A stretch of DNA of 64,000 nt from Eledone cirrhosa (Eukaryota): assembly GCA_964016885.1 (NCBI GenBank), contig OZ024744.1, positions 56,358,001 through 56,422,000 of the forward strand, read 5' to 3'. Of this stretch, positions 14,339 through 29,014 are shown in pieces (the stretch's first letter is position 1; each line of letters starts with the position of its first letter). The notes beneath the pieces were generated by a model. The model was not told the origin of the DNA and did no database searches. It saw only the letters and a list, made by a program, of their open reading frames with translations. Both the position numbers and the translations under genes were made by a program.

Positions 14339-14497
14339 CGGACTTCTGTAGTTTCCACAATCACAGCTGGCTGGATCTGTACATGGACGTCTCCTTATAG
14401 TCATGCTAGACTCATTGTCATCAGGATTATAAGATTTGAAGTACCTTTTACCTGCTTTGGAGTTTATGAAGGTTGAAAAGGTGTTTGTTGAGAAAGA
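14339..14497 (-). CDS. AMN: amnionless-like gene, coding exon 5 (SFSTNTFSTFINSKAGKRYF...RPCTDPASCDCGNYRSP)
   Basis: Acceptor ctcttttccAG, donor GTGAGA, 159 nt, phase 0 to 0. FxxSxAGxxxF and CxDPxxCxCGN match AMN (human CADPSGCVCGN). Confidence 0.9.
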
Positions 14498-16209
14498 CTG
14501 GAAAAGAGAGATAGTAAAATTAGTGTAAAACAAGAAGAAGAAGAACAACAGCAAGAGCAACAGCGGCAAAAACAACAACAGCAACAACAACAGCAGCAAC
14601 AAAAACAACAACAGCAAGAGCAGCAGTAGCAGCAAAAACAACAACAACAACAGCAACAACAGCAGCAGCAGAAACAACAACAGCAGCAATAACAGCAGCA
14701 TCAGCAGCAGCCACAACAACAAACACAACATCAATAGTGTTTTAGTCTCTTCATTACAACATTTCTAAACACTGTATTTGAATAAGATATAAAGAATTTT
14801 GAGAGATTTACTAGAATTATTAACTATTTCATTACTAAGATGGTATTAGTAATATAATTTTACAATAGTAAAATTATATTGGAAGGTAGAGAAAAAAAAA
14901 CCCAACACAAAAAATAAAACCATCAATTCATCACCAAGTGTGTCAATTGGTCACACACCACAAAGGTCGTCAGGAATTTTTGAGGCAAGCCAACATGATT
15001 GCAACATTGCCACAGGTGATGGCAAGGCTAAAGTGCTGAAACAACCAAGCACCATCACAGGCATCACCTGACACCTCGATAAGGCGAGCTGCCAATGACC
15101 AAGCATTTGAGTTCACTGAAGATTAAGTTGTGAAAACAATGGAGAGACTACGAGAATCTGTAAGAGGAACAAACTCAGAGGAAACACAACAACTTAGGAG
15201 TCGGCAAGGTTCATAGCAATAATTAATTGTAAATGTTATATGTGTTTATATTTTCATTCTGTAAGAATTATAAACAATTTGTAATGTTACTTATATAACT
15301 GTGAATAAACTGTGAAAATAGAGGAAGGTTTTAATTTAAATGGGTGGTTTTGTTTTTTAGAACCAGAGTCAGTTTTAAACGGGTTAGCATCAAAAAGGTT
15401 AATATAGAATTTGGAGGGATTTAATAAAATTATTAACTATTAAAATGGTATTTGTAACATAACTTAACAAAAGTTGCTTATATAAAATTATGTTGAAAGA
15501 TTTTAATTTAAATAAGAACCCTTTAAAGTGGGTGGTCTTGATGCCAAGAATGAGGGGCAGTTTTAGATAGATTTCTGTTAAAAGTGTTATGGCTATTCTT
15601 CTCACAAAATCAGGTGTTAGCCATGTGGGTCCCATGACATGGAATATTTTTTGAGGTAAAGTTTTAAAGCCAGATGCTGTTTTAACCACCTGTTATCATA
15701 CTCAGCAATACTATGTACATATTCTAAACCAAATACACACAGTACTAAAAATTAAGTGAAACACTTAGGAATTATGCTAATTTAACAGAATTTAGGTCTT
15801 AAGACATGTGATATGCATTAAAAAAAAATTCTGGGATCTTTATTATTCACAGGTATGGTTATGTGGCTTAAAAAGTTCACATCATAACTATGTGGTCCTG
15901 GTTTCTATCTTACTATGACAGCATAGGCAAATGTTTTGTACTATAGTATCAAGTTGACCAATGCCTTGTGAGTAAAATTTGGTAGACAGAAAATTGCAGA
16001 AGCTTGTTGTATATGTGTGTGGGTGTATATGTAGCTGATCTCTCAGACTTTTACAAAATGCTGAGAAGATAAAGTTAATATAAAGAATGATGATCTCATG
16101 CTCAGAGATGCTATAAAATAGCTTATAAAATAGCTTTAAAGACAGAAAAAGAAGTTGCCACCAGTCGCTATGAGAAATTCATATGTAGTTTAAAATTATA
16201 TTATATATA

Positions 16210-16286
<77 letters not shown>

Positions 16287-16955
16287 AACAGAAATAACAA
16301 CAGAATCGGTACAGTATATGGAAGAAATATATTAGTTTAACGCTTGAAATAGTGGGAAGAGGGTCTTAACATTTTAGATGCTAGTCCTTCATCAGATGAA
16401 AGAATGAGAAATTAGATAGATTGAAGTTGATGGGCAGGGCGAAATCAGAAATATATATTTTGCAAAGTTTTTTTTTATATGAAATCGTGTGTTGAAACAA
16501 ATATTGTTATATTTGGGGAGGATCATATTGTTATAATATTTGTTTCTACTTTAGGCACAAGGCCAGCAATTAACAATATTGCCAGAAAGATATAATAAAA
16601 CACACTCATTGTTTGGTTTGGGTTGATTTTTGCTTCTGTATGTTTTATATCTCCATAGAAACACACACACATATACACATACATACACAAACACATGCAG
16701 ACATACACAAACATGCACACACACACACACACACACATACACAAACATGCACACACTCATATATACACACATACACATACGCACACACATATACATACAC
16801 ACTGAAACGCATTCACGCACACATGAAGTAACTAAATGTAAACACAAGGATGTAAGTGTCAATGAGTCATTAGGTTACCAATAAATGTTTTAATGTTTTG
16901 TCTATATGTAGTATTAAGGACAGTCAACCAGCTAGACTCTCTCTCTCTCTCTCTC

Positions 16956-16999
<44 letters not shown>

Positions 17000-17550
17000 T
17001 CTCTCTCTCTCTCTTTCTCTCTGTGTTAGTGGGAGTGTTAGACAGAGAGGGAAGAGGTGAGGGAGAGTCCTTCAGGGGGATTTTTGGTGTGGTATCTTTT
17101 TTGGTTTGTGATGGTGGAGTAGATGTTGATGGTTTGTTCTGTTTTGGGGTTGTCTTCTTAGTTTTTGGGTGTTGCTGTTGGGGTTTGGGTGTTGATAGCA
17201 ACACCTTGTTTTGTTTTAGTGTTTAGCATTGGGCAGAAGGCTTCAATATGGGTGTTTTTCCATGTCGAAAACATTGTGGTTTTTTGCCCTCCAACGTGAT
17301 GAACATGGCTGTTATCAACAGGTACCCTTTCAGGTATCTTCGAAATTCTTTCTGGTTTCACTTGGACCAGAAATTCCACTGAGATCCCATTCCAGTTATA
17401 CCTGGTTGATTTTTTTACAGAGAGGAAGACTTGCTGGGTCAAGATTGACCTGGAGATAAGCAACAACACTAAGAAGAAATATTGCCATCATCATCATCAT
17501 CATCATGACAATCATCACTGCCACCACTAAATTATCCTCATTATCATTAT

Positions 17551-17964
17551 AGGGCGGTGGATTGGCAGTATCGGTAGAGGGTCGGACGCCATGCTTTGTC
17601 GCATAGTTACGTCTCTTTACGATCTGAGTTAAAATCCTGCTGAGGTTAACTTTGCCTTTCATCCTTACGTGGTTGATAAAATAAAGTACCAGTAATGCAC
17701 TGGGGTAATTGCTGGCCTTGTGCCAAAAGTAGAAGCAATTATTATTATAATCATTATCAGGACGGTGGATTGCAGTATTGGCAGAACATTGGACAACATC
17801 CTTTGCAGTATAGAGTTATGGCCCTTTACATTTTGAGTTCAGATCCTGCTGAGGTTAGCTTTGCTTTTCATCCTTAAGTTGTTGATAAAATATAGCACCA
17901 GTAATACACCGGGGTCAATTTAATCAACTTTCAAATTGCTGGCCTTGTGCCTAAATCAGAAACC

Positions 17965-17965
<1 letters not shown>
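17551..17965 (+). mobile_element. tandem pair of the same SINE family
   Basis: Same head, central domain and tail as 12698-13110. Confidence 0.8.
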
Positions 17966-18780
<815 letters not shown>

Positions 18781-18823
18781 TAAATGTGTATAATACAATT
18801 GAAATATAATAAAGCTTACTTAC

Positions 18824-19047
18824 ATTGCCCATGAAATAAATTGAATTCACTGTAAAATCCATATCTGTGCTAAGATCAATAAAGAAGCTATTTCCTGCTG
18901 GGAAAACCACATCATCTGTTGGACATGGAACCTTTTCGGAGTCCAAAGCATGATAACCAGGTTGACAATCGGCTGATCTTGATTTTGAAACACACCAATT
19001 TGCTGGATCTACCCATTCTCTCCCGTAGGTGGCATTGAATTCTACAT
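18824..19047 (-). CDS. AMN: amnionless-like gene, coding exon 4 (DVEFNATYGREWVDPANWC...LDSEKVPCPTDDVVFPAGNSFFIDL...IYFMGN)
   Basis: Acceptor ttatttAG, donor GTAAGT, 224 nt, phase 1 to 0. Carries the WxDPxxW and DxExVPCxxDDVxFP motifs characteristic of AMN. Confidence 0.92.
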
Positions 19048-19894
19048 CTAAATAATAGAAAATAATTTAATTGCAACATTAAAGATTTTTGCACTTTTGA
19101 TACCAGGCCACATAAAACCAACATTGGGTCTATAATATGAAGCTATTTATTATGAAGTGTTTTTATATATCTAAAATACTTCCAGCATAATTTTATGTAA
19201 GAACCTTTGTTAAGTTATGTTCCAAACACCAACCTATAATAATGAGAAAGTTAGTTATCTTGCTAAATCCCTCCAAATTCTTGATTATTTTCAAAATAAT
19301 TAGAAAATCATAGACAATATCTTTAATTAAAAATATGGTGATGAAAGGGTAATCAAAGGAAATCACAGCATGCCATGCAAATGGTGAACGTGTTACCTTT
19401 TCATTATTTTAGAAATTATTGAAAAATCATAGACAGCATCTTTCAATAGAAATATGTTAACAAAATGGTTAATACCATATTGTGATGCTAAATTTCTGCT
19501 TCAAATGTCCCTGGTTACTGGACAAATTTAGTCTAAGAAATACCAGACAAACCACTGGCACCCAACATGGTTCAGCCAACAAAATTCACTATTCAAGTGG
19601 GGTTTGTTGTCCCAAAATATGGTGCTATTAGACCATACATAGCCTAGGCTAAAACTTCATTATCATGTTTCATCCGATTTTTAATGTTGGTGTGGGTTGG
19701 ATGGATTGTCAGGAAACTACATCTTGCTTGTATGTTCTATATTTTGGCAGAGTTTCTACAGCTGGATGCCCTTCCCAACACCAACCTCTTTACAGATTGT
19801 ACTTGGCTCTTTTATCGTTTTGACTGAGTGATATAATATTAGTAACGTTATATAAAAAGTACATGATAAAATGACAAGTCAGTCAATCATATTG

Positions 19895-21390
19895 ATGCCC
19901 CCCCCCCCGAGCCCCGGCGGACTGAATGGAGAAGGCGTTTCCCCAGAGGACGGTAAGGGAGATGCGCTGGAAGAGTCATTCCAACTTGCGAGGCTCACAC
20001 TTGCGGCTGGCCAGCTCAGCACCTATGGTGGTGAGTAAGGAGGTAGCCCTTGGGCCGAGGACACTAGAAGTCTCCACTGCCAGGGGTACAACTGCAAACC
20101 TGTCAGAGAGTGACCCGTATTTGGAGAGTTTGGCCTCCTCACTCCGACGTGCAGCAAAACCTGGGTTTAGTTGCAGACTGCACCAGGTTGCGGCTGGAGA
20201 AATTGTCGGTGCAAGTGGCATCCCAGATGAAGGGTTTGCCACCGCAGAACAGGAAGATGGTCATGCCATCTGGTCTTTTGCCGTCCTCTCGATCCCGCCT
20301 AACCGACTCGAGCTGGGAAGGGAAGCCTGCAGTGTCCAAGCCATGCTTTATGATCTCGTTGAGGGCAGCATGGCGTGGAAGGCGACCGGCACTGTGGCGA
20401 CAGGAAAGCGGGTGGATCCACAATGACATTGCTGTGGCTGGCAGATTCGGAGACCATGCCTCAGGGAAATGCCGATGCGCAGGCTATGGTTGTCTAGCTG
20501 CGTGCAAGTGGAGAAGGAGGGCAGGGCATGGAGCCAGGCACCACTGTAGGATTTGGAGGCCGCACGAAAACTGGCGCATGAGCCTGTCTGAAGCCAAACT
20601 GCACTGGATGGCATCCGAAATGCTTTGGGGGACTTGACGTCAGCAGGGGGAGAAGGAAGAGGACGTCTACTGGGCTAAGTTCCAGCCGGTCCCACATCTC
20701 ACAGGCGGCCTCAAGTTCCCTGATCACAGAGGGTTCTATTGTGTTTTTGAGAACCCTGCTGATGAAAGAAAAGCCGGCAAAGCAGGGGAGATCGGGGACC
20801 GCAGGCCAAGGCCGCCATATCTGACAGGTAAAGTGGCCTGTTGCCATCCAATGTCGTCAAACCTGATATTGTATATCTCCTCAGCTGCTGCACGGATACA
20901 ACTATCGAGGTCAGCGAGGAGAGATGTGTGGCTGTAGCACGGAGTTCTGTGAAGGGTGTAGAGGAGCTTCGGCATGGTGAAGCAGTTCCTCAACAGGAAG
21001 AGAGCTGGGTGGCTGTCGATCAAGCCCAGTTGGCTTGTGAGGGTCTGGAGTTGTTGGAGCCTGGACCTGATGGTGGAGCATATGGCTGGCGGGTGGATCG
21101 GTGACCTGAGGATGAGGACATCCTCTTTGGGGGTCACCAGCATCGTGGCTGACATTCACCACCTCCAACTTGGACGAGTTGACCTGGAGGCTGATTCCTG
21201 CCAGGGCAGGAACCACCGATAGTAGGTCATGGCAGACAGTCTCTACGGGCCCGTCCAGCATAGCATCATCCAGGTACGTTGAGAGGAGCCGTGATACTCC
21301 TCCAATGTGGTCTATATCAAGGGCAAACAGTAGGGGGCCCAAAGGGTCGCCTTGGTGGACCCCAGTGGCCGAAGGTAACACCAGTATTAC
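19895..21390 (-). mobile_element. CRE-type non-LTR retroelement fragment (RT + restriction-like endonuclease), frameshifted
   Basis: [75 protein letters not shown] spread over several frames. Confidence 0.85.
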
Positions 21391-21442
21391 CATTTTACAT
21401 AATGAACAACATCAGAGAGCAACAATTATATTAGTATAATCT

Positions 21443-21668
21443 TTAATCCTTTCATTACCATATTTTTAATTAAAGACGTTGTTTATGATTTCCAAATAAT
21501 TTTGAAAATAATCAAGAATTTGGAGGGATTTTGTTATATAACTAATTTTTCCATTATTAAGCTACTATCTGGAACATAATTTAATAAATGTTCTTACATT
21601 AAATTATGATGGCAGGTTTGTATTATAGGCACTGGGGCGATTTAAGAACTTTTGTATCAATAGGGTTA
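21443..21668. mobile_element. TTAA-bounded MITE family copy (relatives near 8722, 12390-12550, 13506, 15290-15510, 19080-19470)
   Basis: ttaa(c/t)cctttcattaccatattt..agaatttggagggattt..agggttaa shared among copies. Confidence 0.6.
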
Positions 21669-22264
21669 AAAGGAAGGAATAAAAATGTCATTAATGTTTC
21701 AGATGGTGGTTCTTCATCAGAAAGGAAAACATAGAAAGAGGAAAGGATTTATTTTGGAGAGAAGGAAAAAGGAGGACAGGCATGAAAAAAAAAAAAATGA
21801 ATTAGTGAAGTGAGAAAAACATATACCTCTCTATCTGTCTGTCTGTATGTCTGTCTGTCTTTCTGTCTCTCTCTCTCTATATATATATATATATCATCAT
21901 CATCATCGTTTAACGTCTATCTTCCACGCTAGCATAGGTTAGACGGGTGTTGTCCCACTTGAGGAAAGGTTGGTCGGGTGACCGGGTCTCACTCATATAG
22001 GACTATCTGGCAGGTTTTCTACAGCTGGATGCCCTTCCTAACACCAACCACATTTACAGTGTGGAACTGGGAGCTTTTTACTGTGTTACCTACACGGCCA
22101 CATTACAGCGTGGACTGTGTGTTTTTTTGTTGTGACACCTACACAATTTCGATCTTGATCTCATTTTCTCATTAGTTTGGACTAGATGTTGTGGTACCAA
22201 CATAATTTTACATCCATATATACATACATGTATATATATATATATATTCTTCTCCCCACTTTTT

Positions 22265-22315
<51 letters not shown>

Positions 22316-22637
22316 CTATATATATATATATATATACACCATATTACATATACACATATTGATATTTTACTCCAGAAGAAACTTGTTGAGTGCTTCTAAT
22401 CTGCTATAAATTAAATTTGTTGAATAATCAACAAATTAAATAACTCATTGCTTATATATATATATATATATAGTTTCAGAAGATCCCGTTAAGGGTGAAA
22501 TCAACGATTCTTTGCTTAAACTTTAATCTGTTATTTTAATAAATAAATAAATATACATATATATATATATATATATATTTCGTTGACAAATATATCAATA
22601 TGCCCAGACGTAGATATATTGCCTTTGGTATGACAGT

Positions 22638-23063
22638 GTGGTTTTAGCTCAATGTAGGATACCTAGTATACTACAGAGCCTTATAAACAATATTGTCTAC
22701 ACATGTGATGTTACAACTCGGACCTCCTCCAAAACATATATAGGGTCTACATCGACCCCCTTTAAGACTAGATACAACTCCCATCGCTATACATTAAGAC
22801 ATGATAGACTTAAGAATACTACATCACTAGCTAGTTACATATCCCTCCTGAAGAACACTGATATTCAATACACGCTTGATTGGAGAATCATCACTAAATT
22901 ATCGCAGTACAGACCCCCTAACAAGACCTGTGACCTTTGTCTCTCTGAATCACACGTCATAATACACTCCAAACTGAACCTGCTAAATAGCAAGTCGGTG
23001 ATATTCTCTTCTTGCCCGCACATAAATCTTAGCTCCTTCTATTATTTTAGACCAATTAGTTAA
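22638..23063 (+). pseudogene. GIY-YIG endonuclease domain remnant of a Penelope-like element
   Basis: IVY/YIG motif, conserved R and H residues, C-terminal CxxC...CxH. Confidence 0.85.
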
Positions 23064-25090
23064 CGCCGTAGGACCTGCATACATCCGTCCTGTCTGACCT
23101 ACGTAAAACCATGCCGCACTGCATCCTGGTTCCTTTGTGATGATAACTGCCCTTCAGGTGCATATAGACTACTCTAATACCTCTTCTCCTCTCCCTCCTC
23201 TCTTACTTTTCTTCCTCTCCTCCCTAGTTCATCTTATTGGACCACAAGCCAAGAACCCTGGGGTAGAACCTACTTAAGGCTTTTCACTATACCTAGCACA
23301 GCATGACCCATATATAGGGACATACCCACACTAACCATGTTAGTATGGTTTATAAACACACCCATTGTGCGCTAACTGATAGCACAGCATAATAGTCTGT
23401 CGAAAGCCCAGAAAACCCTGCCGCAACTATAAAGCGGGTGAATTGGGCACCCGGGTCTAGTTAACCTTAACCCTAAAGTGTGTAATAGATCTAACCTAGT
23501 ATAGTGAACTACAGTAGCAAGTCGTGTGGGCTGGGCGCCGCTGAATCGACCTAGCCCCAGGGGGAAGGGGAGGTTAATCGCCGAGGGCTTCGAATCAAAC
23601 AAAAGACTCGCCCCTAGCACCCCGTTGGATATCAAATGAATCTGCCCTTTATGACGCGAATTGCTTCCCATACCTTTCATACGTACACTACGACTTCCTG
23701 TGTTTGTATTCGGAATACCGTTGTGTGTCAATAGCGAGAGACGAATCTTTGAAACTTGGAGTTAGTTGAATGTGAATTCTGTTCCAGCTTTGATGAATTA
23801 TAGAACCACGCTCCAGGCAAAGTGCAGCACTGGATATTGAACTCCCGCCGACCCAGGAGGGGTCGCACCCGACTGTGAATGGATTGCACACTTCGGGATT
23901 AATAATCTAAATGAAAACCACGTGGCGGAAATATAAATAACATAGCTGTCACAGACGGGTTTGGTTGTGAGTTGTCCCTTCTATATATATCTATATATTC
24001 TACAGAAATTTGCACTCACTATAATAAACCCGCCTGTTATTATAACAATATATGCTCATTCTGCCATATGTGATTCTGGAAGCGGAGTTTCCAAATACAC
24101 TTTTTCTCTATATGTAACGGGATTGCCATCACGATTTGTATTTACTGTGGTACAGTTGTATGTGGTGCGATACATTGGTTGAATGCCAACTTGGACATAC
24201 AGTGAATTTCACATGGCACGTTGGATTGAGTGACCGAATGTTTTCCATTTCCTCATATCTGTGCCGGCTGTATATGTGCCATACATTTCTTTAACTCGTC
24301 GTACCTTCTTTTATTTTTTATTGTAGATTTTAGGTGTATATGACCGCCTATGGTGATAAATCCCCTGGGTATGGGTTTTGGAAAAATAGTGTTATCTCAC
24401 TTAGCATTCGGAACTGGAACATATCGATGTGGTTCGTAGGGTGCGGATATGATAAGGAGAATCGACCTGTTACAGGGCGATATACTTGGAGTACACCATC
24501 CCTCATATGGACTATCATACATGTAAGGCTGCATTACTGCTAACCAACAATTCTTTTCACAGACTCATGCTTGCAAACTCTCTTGATCTGCCTGTACACC
24601 GTCTTTTTGCACTGCTTGTGCTTTGATGCATCTATGCTTTGCTCTGTCTTATATATATATTTTTTTTTTGCGGGGGGGGGGGGGGGGGTTCCAGGCTTTT
24701 TGTTCTTTTATTGTTTTGTATTTTTGTATTTTTGTATTTATCTCTTTTCTTATCCCTGTATTTTTGTACTTTTTTATTATTTTTTTTATTTTTTTATTAT
24801 TTTCTTATTGTTTCTGATCATGCTGAGTAACACCCTCACTCATCCCTTGCTACCCTCTCCCAACCTCTTTATCATCTATGGCACCATCTAAGTGATAGAT
24901 TTTAGGTGTAATTTTTAATTTTTAATTTTTAATTTAAACATTTTTAAGACATTTTATGACATTATGTGCATCATGTATTCTGTCTTTTTCCGTATAGCGC
25001 TAGCCTTGGGACCCCCCTGCTGGTCATTTAACCTTGTTCTGATGACGCAGCTTGATGGAGCATGCAACTACTGATATACTCATGTTTATA

Positions 25091-25137
25091 AGCTCTGAAG
25101 ATTCCTGCCATGGTGTATGGATGAAACACTGTTAGCT
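25091..25137 (+). ncRNA. minimal type I hammerhead ribozyme motif
   Basis: agct-CTGAAGA-(t)tcc..gga(t)-GAAAC-act-GTT-agct, followed by AATAAA. Confidence 0.65.
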
Positions 25138-25184
25138 AATAAAACAATGTATTTCTAAGCACTCTTTGGTTATTCCTATAACTA

Positions 25185-25224
<40 letters not shown>

Positions 25225-25227
25225 CAC

Positions 25228-25261
<34 letters not shown>

Positions 25262-25269
25262 AATACTAA

Positions 25270-27180
25270 ATGGTGTCATTCCGAATAATTGGTCCAGCAG
25301 CATCATTGTCAACTGCTACAAGGGTAAAGGTGATGCACTTAATAGAGGAAACTATAGAGGTATACAGCTGATGGACCAGGTCATGAAAGTAACACAAAGA
25401 GTTATAACACAGCTGGGTTCATCTAGATGAGATGCAGTTTGGGTTTGTGCCAGGCGAAAGCACCACTGATACTCTCTTCCTGGTGAAGCAGTTACCTAGC
25501 TAAAAGTAAGCTGCTCTACCTGGCATTTATTGATTTGGCTTTTGACAGAATTCCCTGTGCCATAATCTGGTAGGCTCTTAGAAAACAAAGAGTAGATGAG
25601 TGACTTGTGAAGGCTGTACATGTATAGGAGAGCAGACAGCAAAATTAGGGTTATCAATGACTATAGAGAGGAATTTATCATACAGGTTGATGCCCACCAG
25701 GGCTCTGTTCTTAGCCCTATCCTGTTTATTATCGTACTGCAGGCTATAACAGAGGAGTTTATGATTGGTTGTCTATGGGAATTCCTGTATGCAGATTATC
25801 TCATACTCATAGCTGAGTCTATGGTAGAATTGGCGAAGAAATTCCAAACATTGAAGCACAGCCTAGAAAGAAAGAGACTTAAAGTCAACTTGACAAAGAC
25901 TAAGATCCTTAGAAGTAGAAGGGAAAACAGAGCCCTGATCCCCTCGGGGAAATGGCCTTGCTCAGTGTGTAGGAAAGGTGTAGGTAGAAATTCCATCCTC
26001 TGTTCCAAATGCAAACTATAGGTACAGAAGAGATGTAGTGGGAGCTCAGGAAGTTTAACTAAAAATGTAGGTTTTATATGTAGCCATTGCACTGGAGCAG
26101 TAAGCAGCAAATGACCGAATGCTATTAAATTCTGGGAAGGTTTGCAAGAAGCGGTAGACAGCTTCTGCTATCTGGATGACAAAATTAGCTGTGAAGGGGG
26201 GTGTTCTGAAAGTACAGTAGCCAGAGTAAGAATGGGATGGGAGAAGTTCAGGGAGCTACTATCACTGCTGGCTACAAAAGGCTTTTTTTCTCAAAATGAT
26301 TGGTAGATTATGATGCCTGCATAAGAACAGCAATGTTGCATGGTAGTGAGACCTGGGTGTTGTAGAATACTTGCATAGATTGGAAAGAAATGAAGCCTGC
26401 ATGCTCCGGTGGATGTGTAATAGTAATATACGAGACCAACAAAGCATTAATGAACTGAGAGAGAGACTAGGCACAAGAGGAATCAGATACAGTGTTCAGA
26501 AGAGGAGATTATGTTGGTATGGATATGTGATGCATATGAAGAATGACAGCTGTATAAAAAGGTGCAGATTGCTGAAAGTTGATGGAAGCCATGGAGGGGG
26601 AAAACCCAGGAAGACTTGGGATGAGGTGATAAAAGCTGACCTTGCCCAATTGCACCTCTGAAAGGCGATGACACAGGACCAAGATCTCTGGCATTATGCA
26701 ATAACACAGAAGACGCGCCTTCTCAGGAGCACAGGCTGAAGCATACATCTAGTACACACCACCCTCACCTCCATCCCATCCTACCCCACTCTTCTATACA
26801 ACTTTCATAAGCACAGGCTGAAGCATACATCTAGTGTGCGCCACCCCTCCCTTTCCATTTACCTCTGATATCCTAACATTCTGCCCCTCACACATACCCA
26901 TATACCCACCTCCCCAGTCCCCACACACCCTTCCTACCAAAACCCCCAGCCCACACTGTAAAGTGGTCGTGGAGGTGTCACGACAAAAAGCACCCAGTCT
27001 ATACTGTAAATGTGGTTGGTGTTAGGAAGGGCATCCAACTGTAGAAGCTAAACCAGAATCAGTTCTCTATGAGCAAGACATGGTCACCTGCCCTGGCACT
27101 GCCCACAACAGGACAACTCATCTAAACATTGCTAGCGCGGAAAAATGTATATTAAATGGATATAATGATGATGATGATGA
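25270..27180 (+). mobile_element. degenerate RTE LINE fragment with 3' UTR
   Basis: [28 protein letters not shown] motifs; 3' tail. Confidence 0.9.
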
Positions 27181-28024
27181 CAATATATACATATATATGT
27201 GCTCTGGAACTCTGGATTCATGCCTTAGGCTCAAGCAATACACTATTTTCCATCTTCAAACTTGGACTGTCCCCCCCCCGTTTGAACCCCCACCCATCTT
27301 CCTTTAGCCCCCCCCCCCAAAAAAAAACTCCCACTAATCTACTAATAGACCACTACCCACGTCACCCACTAATAAAATTAATAAACAAACCCTTCCCACC
27401 ACCTCTCTACTTCAGCCTCCACTACCTACACGCTCCTACCCTACACCACCAACACATACAACCCCAATACCACCAACACATACATATACACGCATTTATT
27501 TTACCTCACTGTTTGACTAACCTCTCCCCACTTCACCACTGACCCACCCACACCTGACACTCCCTTACCAGACACCCTGTACCTCACCCCAACACCCAAT
27601 AATGGCCCACTACCCACCCACTAATCATACTACTATAGATACACCCACCCCACTCCTCTACCTTTCCACTCCCCCCTCCACCACCCACTCACTCCTACCC
27701 TACACCACCATGCACACACACACAAACGTACTCACATTTTTTTATATTTATACCTCACTAATTTACTAACTGGCCCACAACTCCTACACACAGACACTCA
27801 TTCACACACACACGCGACTATACACACATACACGCAATCGAACACACTCACACACATAGAATTTACAGATAAAGCCCCTCCCTACACACATACACTCACA
27901 CTATGCACAACCCTTTCCCGAAGAAGGACTGCTGTCCAAAACCTCGAAACCTCCTCCACTTCCACCAAGCGTGAACCTAATATAACTGCAATTGCTTCCT
28001 GAGTTTTCTACGTTCATTTTCAAC

Positions 28025-28210
<186 letters not shown>

Positions 28211-28304
28211 GTAATAATAATAAAATTGAAGACTAAAATCCAGAGAAGATCCCGTTAAGGGTGAAAGCAGCGATTCTTTGCTTAAACTTTAATCTGTTAT
28301 TTTA

Positions 28305-28412
<108 letters not shown>

Positions 28413-28473
28413 CATTATCATCAAATATGCAAGCATGGAAAAAAAGGCGTAAAAAACGATGATGATGATGAGG

Positions 28474-28505
<32 letters not shown>

Positions 28506-29014
28506 TTATTAGACATATACACAGATTTGTGTAAGCAGGAGTGTGTATCTTCTCAACTAGCATGTTGTGTGCCACCTATATCACCCCTCCTCAGGTTATC
28601 TTCATGATATCCCACTTCTGAAACCCCACACCATATACACTTTGTGTTATCACTATACCTCTCCTAGATCTGAAATACACTTTCTATTTAAAATCTTCCT
28701 ATATCCATAACCTACAACATACAAACCACATCAATATTTGTCTAGGAGAAATTGTGAAGAATATGGAAAGCACCCCTCTTGCCATATAACTAAATGGCAA
28801 TGCCTTCTAGTGTTGTACCGCTGAGATGAATGTTTCAGCTATTCAAACACTGGAACAGTCTCCTCATGAAATTAACATGCAAGTAACCGAGCATTCCACA
28901 GACACATTCACCTTTAATGTAATTCTGAGAGAGATTCAGCTTGATACTGTAGACATAAAATAAACATAAAATGAAGTTTCTTGCTTAAGGGTACAACATG
29001 TCACCAGGAATTGA

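Larger units (their letters stand above)
22580..25185 (+). mobile_element. 5'-truncated Penelope-like element (Naiad-like GIY-YIG endonuclease), with long 3' region and hammerhead-bearing end, in (TA)n
   Basis: ORF 22638-23063 has IVY..YIGST..FKTRYNSH..TSLASYI..W..CDLCLSE..LNSK..CPH. A degenerate CPLxGQC linker lies upstream; HHR and AATAAA lie at 25091-25143; (TA)n on both sides. Confidence 0.8.

Noticed and set aside
22628-22636. TGA near the CPLxGQC linker as a selenocysteine codon
   Set aside because: It aligns to the Gly position rather than Cys and lies in a frameshifted region; more likely GGA>TGA decay.
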